Source: an uncultured bacterium (lineage in GTDB: Bacteria > Acidobacteriota > HRBIN11 > JAKEFK01). Taken from it: 64,000 nt of DNA. Position numbers and translations under genes: made by a program. Positions 10,270 to 18,308 of the stretch are shown in pieces (the first letter of the stretch is position 1; the number at the start of each line of letters is the position of its first letter). Below the pieces are notes generated by a model. That model was not told the origin of the DNA. It did no database searches and saw only the letters and a program-made list of their open reading frames with translations. The DNA is taken from assembly GCA_963777505.1 (NCBI GenBank), contig CAVZQN010000007.1, positions 64,001-128,000 on the forward strand. Reading direction: 5' to 3'.

Positions 10270-10794
10270 ATGCCTATCACTGCCTTCAACAGTTTCACCG
10301 ACGGCCTCGATCCAAATCGAAGAAGCCGCGAGCACTTTATAGCCAACATTAACTTTGATGATGACCGCCTCTGGGTTCCTTATGCTGATGGTGTGTGGTT
10401 CCAGCCCTGCTGCTTTAATGTCACGTCCGGGGGATTCAGTGTAGTTCTGAAAGGTCTCCCGGGTGCGATGCTAGGGACGCATTACCACGTTGGCACCGTA
10501 CGTGGATATACGATGCGTGGCTATTGGCGATACCTTGAGCATGACTGGGTAGCAAAACCGGGTACGTTTATCTACGAACCCGCGGGCGAGGCCCACACGC
10601 TGGTTATCACTGACGACTCACCTGAACCAGCGGTGATTCTTTTCATGGTTGAGGGCGGACTCATCTATTTGGACAAGGCAGTCAGCGGTGGCTTTGCTGC
10701 CTACGAGGATGGATTCACCGCTCTCGAGCTGAGTCGGAAGTACTATCGCGAGGCCGGTCTCGATGTGCGCCAGTTGGACCTGCTAATTCGCTAA
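10270..10794 (+). CDS. Cupin, 2,4'-dihydroxyacetophenone dioxygenase family
   Basis: HYHVG..GYWRYLEHDW..IYEPAGEAHTL cupin motifs; AAGGAG RBS. Confidence 0.85.
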   Translation: MPITAFNSFTDGLDPNRRSREHFIANINFDDDRLWVPYADGVWFQPCCFNVTSGGFSVVLKGLPGAMLGTHYHVGTVRGYTMRGYWRYLEHDWVAKPGTFIYEPAGEAHTLVITDDSPEPAVILFMVEGGLIYLDKAVSGGFAAYEDGFTALELSRKYYREAGLDVRQLDLLIR

Positions 10795-10880
10795 TTGTTT
10801 CAGGTAAATCTTTTCAAGTACGGTCAGTGCCGGCGTCATAGCATAAACTCTAATCCGTTAGAAGTTATTCTGGAGTAATT

Positions 10881-11506
10881 ATGACGATCAAGAGCAAGTT
10901 CAAAAGGCTGGCCCGCTGGTTTCTATGGGCGATTGCTATTCTGACAGTGACCGTCGGAGCATTGGTCATTTCTGACAGTCTGCATACAAAGACATGTCCG
11001 GATCCAGTTCTAAAAGGAAAGGTTGTACATATACCGGGTGAGCGCATGGAGTTCCTCAATTCCGGAAACGAAGCAGACGGTTATGTGATTTCGATGGATA
11101 CCGTACGAGAGCCTGACAAGCCAGGCTTTCAACTGCGCCGCGAAGCTGGTCATCTTCATCCGCATCAGGAAGAGCGCTTTGAGATTATCGAAGGCAGGCA
11201 CGTTTCCTGATCGGTGATCGGGAAGTAGTACTGGAAGCTGGTCAAGTTGGTGTGGTCACGCCCAATACAGTCCACAATTGGATGGCCCTTGATGGCCAGC
11301 CTGTCCGTGTAAAAGCGCAGTTCAACCCGGCACTGGACACCGGTGCATGGTTCCTAAATTTTCATGGTCATATCGAAAAAGGAGACACGAATCTTCTTCA
11401 GGCAGCCGTGATTTCGAGTGAGTTCGAAAAAGGCAGCCCACTGCCTGCCGATCCTGCGCCAGGGGTGTGGAAGGTATTGGTGAAGATCCTCGCTCCGATT
11501 GGTTGA
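10881..11506 (+). pseudogene. Cupin-domain protein, frameshifted near 11195 and apparently 3' truncated
   Basis: HLHPHQEERFEIIEG (motif 1) in ORF 10881-11210 and VTPNTVHNW (motif 2) in ORF 11252-11506. Confidence 0.6.
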
Positions 11507-11543
11507 AGAGTGAAGACTCAGAGCGTTGACTGATTATTTCAGG

Positions 11544-12737
11544 TTACATCGCGTCGTGTGGGTGAATCCGTTCATACAAACGTGCGCTCATTTCTCTCGC
11601 TTCGGAAGAGATTACTTTTAGCGATTGTTTGTCGCCTGAAAAAACATCAACATATTCGCCATTTTTTTCAATCGCTTCACCCAGTTCAACCGATGTAAGG
11701 AAGACAGGGTCAAATTCAGATACGAACTCCAACAGCTTTTGCAGCTCTATTAATCCTCTCTTCTTGTGAACGCCGGTGTAATTAATTCGATGAGTATCAA
11801 TTACAACAGGGACTCCGGATTTTATTAGGTTTGGAACAAGGCCAGTAGCATGAGCCAAACTCTGCTTTTCTCTGCCATGACCCGGCTCGAACTTGACGGT
11901 GCGAGTCATACAAACAAGCCCTTCCTTAGACCGTTGTCCCATATAATGGGCACGTATCTTTTTTTGCGCGCCGGATCGCTTTAAACAATAGCCCGTTCCT
12001 TGGATGAAACGAATGCCGACTTCTCGCCATGCTCTTTCTGCTTCTTCTGTAAAAATGTAGTGCGGAGCAATCGTGGATTTTGGACTGAAACCGAACTGTC
12101 TTTCAAAAAATGCTGCCGATTCATAAAGATCCTTCAAGATGTCATCGGTTGAAATTGGTTCCCCTGCTTCCCAATCCATGTATTCCGAGTGATATCTCCA
12201 ATTCTGACCTTTGTATAAAGATGCGCCTCCATGATGGCCCGCTTGCAACAGGTCGCGAGAGCCTACAGAATTTTCTTTTAAATCGGAAAGAAAAGCATTT
12301 GTAGCAAGATGTCTTCGCCCATGATATTGCGGATAAAATACAGCTCGCCGAATTCCTTCATTATATTTATCGAAAATTTCCTTCGGTTCTGTTTCATCAA
12401 GGAACTGGTCGTAATATTTTGTAAATCCCGATGCTTCAATCGATTTAAAATCAGCGTTCGCTACAATGAAGTTTGCAGTCATGCATGGCGGGCGATTGTT
12501 TTTACCCTTAAAACGATCCAGAACTTCATAGAGATCTTCAAGATCGGAAGTTGTTTCAAATTCTTCATCAGCCCAGTCACTCGCTATTCCATACTGAGAG
12601 ACCATCGCTGCGCTTTGCTTTCTTTTCATCCCCCAATCGTCACTTTCAATGACGACAACTGGACTCGCACAACGCCAGTGCGACCAATACATAAGTTTTC
12701 TGTCAAGCTTTTTAAAGAAATGTCGAAACCGATCCAC
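11544..12737 (-). CDS. Polysaccharide deacetylase-like protein
   Basis: VVIESDDWG, PQYHGRRH, TIAPHY, IDTHRINY resemble NodB/CE4-fold proteins of polysaccharide loci. Confidence 0.65.
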   Translation of the reverse strand: MDRFRHFFKKLDRKLMYWSHWRCASPVVVIESDDWGMKRKQSAAMVSQYGIASDWADEEFETTSDLEDLYEVLDRFKGKNNRPPCMTANFIVANADFKSIEASGFTKYYDQFLDETEPKEIFDKYNEGIRRAVFYPQYHGRRHLATNAFLSDLKENSVGSRDLLQAGHHGGASLYKGQNWRYHSEYMDWEAGEPISTDDILKDLYESAAFFERQFGFSPKSTIAPHYIFTEEAERAWREVGIRFIQGTGYCLKRSGAQKKIRAHYMGQRSKEGLVCMTRTVKFEPGHGREKQSLAHATGLVPNLIKSGVPVVIDTHRINYTGVHKKRGLIELQKLLEFVSEFDPVFLTSVELGEAIEKNGEYVDVFSGDKQSLKVISSEAREMSARLYERIHPHDAM

Positions 12738-12887
12738 GATTGTAACTACCCCCCGCCCAATGCCTAGAAATCTAAATAGAATCTTATATCATAAAGGGGA
12801 CGAATGGACATAATTTTTTAGAACATGCTTTAAGACATTCTTACCTTGCGGTCGAAACAACTGACTTAGATAAATCCAGGAGAGAAA

Positions 12888-14375
12888 ATGAAACGATCAC
12901 TCTGTTATGTCGTTCTATTCATACTCGGCGTGCATTTGCTTGCATTTGCGGAGTCTGAAGATCGCACACCTATATATAAGGAAGTAAAAAACCGGCACGA
13001 TGAAGCCGTTCAACGGTTACAGGCTTGGATTCGACAGCCATCCATTGCTGCCGAAAAGTTAGGCATGAATGAAGGGTGCGAGCTCATGATGAAAATGCTG
13101 CGAGAAGCGGGTTTTCAGAAAGTTGAACGGATCGAAACAGATGGTCAACCCGCCGTTTTTGGAACTCTGGATGCAGGAGCACCGCGTACAGTTGGAATTT
13201 ATTTTATGTATGACGTAAAACAGGTCGACCCTTCGGAATGGAGCTCGCCACCCTGGGATGCCGCCATCATTGATAAGCCAGACTTTGGAAAGATCGTTAT
13301 GGGTCGCGGCGCCGTAAATCAAAAGGGTCCTCAATCCGCATTGATTGCTGCGCTTCATGCATTCAAAAATGCAGGACACAAATTGCCTGTCAATCTTGTG
13401 CTGCTTGCAGAAGGTGAAGAAGAAATCGGATCACCGCATTTTCATCAAGTCATCAATAAACCACAGGTAACTGAAGCGTTAAAAAAATGTACGGGTGTAT
13501 TTATGCCCAGCGCTGAACAAGATCCTGATGGCTCACTGACAGTGTCGCTTGGAGCAAAAGGTATTGTTGAACTGGAACTTGTTGCGAGCGGAAAGAAATG
13601 GGGACGTGGTCCGGGAAAAGATGTTCATTCGAGTTTGCGCGCAATTCTGGATAGCCCTTCATATCATCTCGTTCAAGCGCTCTCAACACTGGTCACACCG
13701 GATGGCGATCCTGCAATCGAAGGTTTTGCAGATCGTGCATTGCCAGCTTCTGCAGAATATCAGGAGATGCTGGACGTTGCTTCGAAGACTATTGAAGAGG
13801 ATGTTTACAAAAAAATGCTTTCCGCAAATCAATGGGCCCGCGATCTGCCGTGGCGTAAGACTCTAGAACGCCTTTTGTTTACGCCAACTGTAAATATTGA
13901 AGGACTCGTTGCAGGTTATACAGGTCCAGGCGGCAAGACTGTATTGCCGCATCGCGCAGTTGCAAAACTCGATTTGCGTCTTGTGCCAGATATGACGTTT
14001 GATGGCGCTGTTGCTGCGCTCAAAGCTCATCTTGCAAAACGCGGTTTTGGCGATATCGAAGTCAATCCAAGCGGCGGATATGATCCAACACAAACCTCAT
14101 CCAAGGCTCCGTTGATTCAAGCACAACTTTCTGTGTACCGAAAAGCAGGATTAAAACCAATCCTTTGGCCGCGGAATGCTGGCTCGTATCCAGGATATGT
14201 ATTCACAAACAAACCGATTTCTTTACCCGCTGGCCATTTCGGACTCGGCCATGGAAGTGGAGCACATGCACCTGATGAATACTTTGTGATCGAATCTACG
14301 AATCCAAACTTTGGCGGCTACGATGATGCTGTGCGCTCGTTTGTTGATTACTTATTTGAATTGGCTGCAATTTAG
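12888..14375 (+). CDS. Secreted M20/M25/M40 metallopeptidase
   Basis: Signal peptide; YDVK, GRGAVNQKG, EGEEEIGS, HAPDE. Confidence 0.9.
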   Translation: MKRSLCYVVLFILGVHLLAFAESEDRTPIYKEVKNRHDEAVQRLQAWIRQPSIAAEKLGMNEGCELMMKMLREAGFQKVERIETDGQPAVFGTLDAGAPRTVGIYFMYDVKQVDPSEWSSPPWDAAIIDKPDFGKIVMGRGAVNQKGPQSALIAALHAFKNAGHKLPVNLVLLAEGEEEIGSPHFHQVINKPQVTEALKKCTGVFMPSAEQDPDGSLTVSLGAKGIVELELVASGKKWGRGPGKDVHSSLRAILDSPSYHLVQALSTLVTPDGDPAIEGFADRALPASAEYQEMLDVASKTIEEDVYKKMLSANQWARDLPWRKTLERLLFTPTVNIEGLVAGYTGPGGKTVLPHRAVAKLDLRLVPDMTFDGAVAALKAHLAKRGFGDIEVNPSGGYDPTQTSSKAPLIQAQLSVYRKAGLKPILWPRNAGSYPGYVFTNKPISLPAGHFGLGHGSGAHAPDEYFVIESTNPNFGGYDDAVRSFVDYLFELAAI

Positions 14376-14381
14376 GAAGTG

Positions 14382-15329
14382 TTAACGTTGTGATGAGCAT
14401 AAAGGGTTGATGCCTTTAATGCATGGAAGGATACCAGACAGAAGTATCGATCGTGCAACTTTGCCTTTTAGATGATTTTTTTCGATAGGCAAGCATAACC
14501 AATTCGATTGCTTTGGACTGCTCACGTCAGGCTGGTGCAGTCCCAATTTGGATATGCGATAAACTTCATATTCCCAAAGCTTCAATTGCTTATAAAGGTC
14601 AGACGGCTCATATCCGAGGCGCTTCATATGACTTTTCTTCACTTCAAGAATAATGTTTGGACGCACCGATTGGATAAAATGCTCCGCACCTGAAAGTACA
14701 GGAAGTTCATCTCCTTCAACATCTAACGTCATCAATGAAACAGGCAGCATAAGAGTATCCCTTTGTGAGTCAAGGGTTAAGCATTGTACTTCGATTACGG
14801 GGCTTTTAATGTCGGTATGTACATTAACAATGTGACCAATTCCTGAATTCTCATCCGGTGGGATTTCAAATAATCGTCTGCGGTTTTCTTTATCCAGCGC
14901 ATAGTCATACATCAATACATTCTTCTTGTTTCCATTTCCAAATAGGTCTTGCAATATCTGGAAATTATCCGGGAAAGGTTCGTATGCGTAGACATGACCT
15001 GCATCTTTGACAATATCTGAAAAACCGATCGTTTCTGTTCCAATATTCGCACCGACTTCCACAATGGAATCCCCAGGATTGCACAAGACGCGAGCAATCG
15101 AAATGATCCTCCAGTCGTTGTAGCCATGCATACAAAAGAGGTATCCATGGTATTCGCCGATTCGGCCTTTATATAACGACCCTGTTTGTGAAAAGCTTTC
15201 AAAAGAACGATTGTCCGTCCAAGCAAGTTCTATCGGAAAGATCCAATTCCGAATTTGTTGGGCGATGATGGGAGGAAGAAAACGACAAATCCGTTTTGCG
15301 AAGCTAAATCGCAGATCCTCGGTGGTCAT
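14382..15329 (-). CDS. FkbM family methyltransferase
   Basis: VEVGANIG, YAYEP, LDVEGDELPVLSGA. Confidence 0.88.
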   Translation of the reverse strand: MTTEDLRFSFAKRICRFLPPIIAQQIRNWIFPIELAWTDNRSFESFSQTGSLYKGRIGEYHGYLFCMHGYNDWRIISIARVLCNPGDSIVEVGANIGTETIGFSDIVKDAGHVYAYEPFPDNFQILQDLFGNGNKKNVLMYDYALDKENRRRLFEIPPDENSGIGHIVNVHTDIKSPVIEVQCLTLDSQRDTLMLPVSLMTLDVEGDELPVLSGAEHFIQSVRPNIILEVKKSHMKRLGYEPSDLYKQLKLWEYEVYRISKLGLHQPDVSSPKQSNWLCLPIEKNHLKGKVARSILLSGILPCIKGINPLCSSQR

Positions 15330-15464
15330 TTTTCACGACGATATACGCAAATTCTATCGATATTATTTTACCAATTCGGCTGCGAGCCTAATCCCACTTA
15401 AATATATACCCCTTTCGGGAATTGTTTACAGCATGCATAAACAACTTTCGATGATTAAAGGCTG

Positions 15465-16393
15465 TTATCTGCGGTGTCGGGTTTGAGTCTCCTTCTCATC
15501 TTCGGACTTTTGCTCTTCAATGAATATCGTATTGGAAGTGCCATCTTGAATTGATGGCACGCCACTTTGTTGATCCTGCGCCGGGGGAGTTGTTGAATCT
15601 TCCGCAGCCTCTTCTCCAATGAATATCGTATTGGAAGTGCCATCTTGAATTGATGGCACGCCACTTTGTTGATCCTGCGCCGGCGGAGTTGTTGAATCTT
15701 CTGCAGCCTCTTCTCCAATGAATATCGTATTGGAAGTGCCATCTTGAATTGGATGGCACGCCACTTTGTTGATCCTGCGCCGGCGGAGTTGTTGAACCTT
15801 CTGCAGCCTCTTCACCAATGAATATCGTATTGGAAGTGCCATCTTGAATTGGATGGCACGCCACTTTGTTGATCCTGCGCCGGCGGAGTTGTTGAATCTT
15901 CTGCAGCCTCTTCTCCAATGAATATCGTATTGGAAGTTCCATCTTGAATTGGAGGCACGCCACTTTGTTGGTCCTGCGCTGGCGGAGTTGTTGAACCTTC
16001 TGCAGCCTCTTCTCCAATGAATATCGTATTGGAAGTGCCATCTTGAATTGGAGGCACGCCACTTTGTTGGTCCTGCGCCGGCGGAGTTGTTGAACCTTCT
16101 GCAGCCTCTTCTCCAATGAATATCGTATTGGAAGTTCCATCTGCGATTGTTCCGGTAGAATTATTGTTGGCACCAGCCGATGATTGCGCAGTATTTTCGT
16201 TTGATGTAGCGCTTCGAGAGCTCGGATAGGTACGTTCGTTAAATAGAGGGTTTGCTTTCGGAGTTTCAAATTTGCTTTCCGATTCCGCGATTCCTCGCGA
16301 ACTTCGAGCTTTGTTCGAAACAGAAGATTCTGTTTTGCTGGATTCGTCCGCTCCAGTTATATTCGCTTGATTGTCCGCTTTTCTGATTTGCAT
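15465..16393 (-). CDS. Tandem-repeat protein (7 x DGTSNTIFI[G/E]E; about 308 aa after correcting two +1 indels)
   Basis: GGAGG RBS before ATG 16393; ORF pieces 15812-16393, 15517-16269 and 15465-15842 each encode the same 33-aa unit and join if two 100-bp units are restored to 99 bp. Confidence 0.8.
15519..16144. repeat. 99-bp coding tandem repeat, six full units plus a seventh core
   Basis: AATGAATATCGTATTGGAAGT starts at 15519, 15618, 15717, 15817, 15917, 16016, 16115 (spacings 99, 99, 100, 100, 99, 99). Confidence 0.95.
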
Positions 16394-16429
16394 CGCACCC
16401 TCCGTTACTTAGAAAGTCGATCCATGATT

Positions 16430-16446
16430 ATGCAATTCACATACCA
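16430..16446 (-). promoter_or_regulatory. Sigma54 -24/-12 promoter
   Basis: Minus strand TGGTAT-GTGAA-TTGCA: GG-N10-GC, 37 nt upstream of the repeat-protein ATG. Confidence 0.65.
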
Positions 16447-16489
16447 TAAGCTTAGCGAGAATTGAGTGAGGATTGGAAGCACATGAAAC

Positions 16490-16525
16490 GCAACATAAGT
16501 TGCTACTTGAAGAGACACAAGTTGC
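16490..16525. promoter_or_regulatory. Putative enhancer-binding-protein sites
   Basis: Palindrome GCAAC-ATAA-GTTGC (16490-16503) and imperfect copy GAGAC-ACAA-GTTGC 22 bp away, upstream of the sigma54 motif. Confidence 0.45.
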
Positions 16526-16821
16526 CTCTTTGAATAAACTCTCCTCTCACAAATTGATCTCTATCGCATGTTAGAATCTTAATCAGACATGAAAGAATCA
16601 ACCTTCTGGCAAGCACTCGATGTGTATATCAAACTCTCCCCTGTTCTACAGGCAGACAAATTAATGAGCCATTGCTGTTGATTCATGGCGAGATTGATCA
16701 AAACGCCGGACCACGCAAGGCAACTCAATAAGCGTATTTTGGAATGTTTGACTCAGGTCAAAATGACTGATAACTTTCGGACTTCTAGCATTGAACCAAC
16801 TTCATATAAAGAAGGAGCAAA

Positions 16822-17280
16822 ATGAAAACAAAATCGATCGTACTGGCATTGACTTTGTGCATAGCAGCGGTATGTCTGGCAGCGGACATTCAAATGGGAA
16901 CATGGAAGCTGAACGAATCCAAGTCAAAGCTCGATCCTGGAATGGCTAAGCACAACACGATCGTCTATGCTGCTGAGGGCGACAATGTGAAAATCACCGT
17001 TGATGGCGTTGACAGCAAGGGTAATCCGATACATAACGAATGGACTGGCAAGTTCGATGAAAAAGATTACTCCGTCAGCGGAGATCCGAGTTCTGACACG
17101 CGGTCTTATAAAATAGTCAATGATCATACACTGACGATGATTGTGAAAAAGGGTGACAAAGTCATTGCACAAGGAATCATTACTGTGTCATCTGACGGCA
17201 AAACTCGAACCTTCACCCTGAGGCGAACTGACGCGATGGGAAAGGAGATTAGCAGTATCGCCACTTACGACAAACAGTAA
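16822..17280 (+). CDS. Secreted beta-barrel (lipocalin-like) hypothetical protein
   Basis: AAGGAG RBS, signal peptide, GTWKLNESKS and VSSDGKTRT motifs. Confidence 0.75.
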   Translation: MKTKSIVLALTLCIAAVCLAADIQMGTWKLNESKSKLDPGMAKHNTIVYAAEGDNVKITVDGVDSKGNPIHNEWTGKFDEKDYSVSGDPSSDTRSYKIVNDHTLTMIVKKGDKVIAQGIITVSSDGKTRTFTLRRTDAMGKEISSIATYDKQ

Positions 17281-17344
17281 ACTGCTGCTGTTGAGCATCT
17301 TGGATGCGCAGGCCGTTCGCCAAAGTCGCCACACGCACTATATG

Positions 17345-18301
17345 TTACATTCCAGCGTCTGCCGCGCAACGAAAACCGTTGGTCGGGCGACGATCCAATT
17401 TTTCCATTCTTCGTCTGAATGTTGTCCGCATCTCAACCCATGAAGATTGATATGTTCCACCGCGAAGAATGCCGAATGTATCATCCGGTTTTTCAAGCTG
17501 GCCAGCTGGTGAATTGGGATAAGGATACCAGGAATCAGTAACCCACTCCCAAACATTTCCAGCAAGATCAAAAACGCCCATGGGACTCTTGTCTTCAGGA
17601 GCTGAACCGACCGGTCTTGCAACAAGTTCTCCTGAACTCCACTTGGATGCAACGGAAGCATCATTGCCCCACGGAAATCTTCGTCGATCATTCCCACGTG
17701 ACGCATATTCCCATTCCACTTCGGCGGGCAATCGTACTTTTCGCCACCTGCAATACGCAACCGCTTCATACCAGGAAACTCCTTCTACTGGATGATTCTC
17801 TTTTCCGGATGCAAAGGAACCATTTGCCCAGGTCGCCGGCCCGAACTTCCCTGTTGTATCTTTAAAAAGTCTGACTCGATCCATGCCTGTATAATCGGCA
17901 TTTAGATTGGGAGTCACAATCAACTCTTTCCAGAATTCCTTTCGTTCATAACCGCCATCGGAGATGAAGTCTTTATATTCTTGATTCGTTACTTCATACT
18001 TCGAGATTCTAAATGCTCGAACTTTTACCTTGTGATCCGGGCATTCCAAAAAGTACATCCGCGGACTGACGGTTGCATCAGGCGGGTAAAAATCTTTAAC
18101 AACTTGTTCGGCCTCTTCCGTTGAGAGCCCCATAACAAATTCACCTTCAGGAATTAATACAAGATCTTTGCTAATATCTTTTGCCATAATTTCCTCGCTT
18201 TTTATTTTCTGAATTTGTTTCGTCTGTGCTTCAGGATTTGATATACCATCCGAAATGATCCCTGTTGCACAAAAGAACACCAGAAAGATTTTCCACGGCA
18301 T
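17345..18301 (-). CDS. Formylglycine-generating-enzyme (FGE-sulfatase/SUMF1) domain protein, probably exported
   Basis: IPEGEFVMG, KYEVTN, HPVEGVSWYEA, RLPAEVEWEYA, DLAGNVWEW, GFRCA; hydrophobic start MPWKIFLVFFCA 7 nt after the upstream stop. Confidence 0.85.
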   Translation of the reverse strand: MPWKIFLVFFCATGIISDGISNPEAQTKQIQKIKSEEIMAKDISKDLVLIPEGEFVMGLSTEEAEQVVKDFYPPDATVSPRMYFLECPDHKVKVRAFRISKYEVTNQEYKDFISDGGYERKEFWKELIVTPNLNADYTGMDRVRLFKDTTGKFGPATWANGSFASGKENHPVEGVSWYEAVAYCRWRKVRLPAEVEWEYASRGNDRRRFPWGNDASVASKWSSGELVARPVGSAPEDKSPMGVFDLAGNVWEWVTDSWYPYPNSPAGQLEKPDDTFGILRGGTYQSSWVEMRTTFRRRMEKLDRRPTNGFRCAADAGM

Positions 18302-18308
18302 CCGATCA

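Noticed and set aside
15519-16144. Possible CRISPR array
   Set aside because: Units are 99 bp and near-identical throughout with no unique spacers; they keep a 33-codon frame and no cas genes are present.
17345-17500. FGE/C-type-lectin C-terminus as a diversity-generating retroelement target
   Set aside because: I saw no template repeat and no reverse transcriptase in the window.
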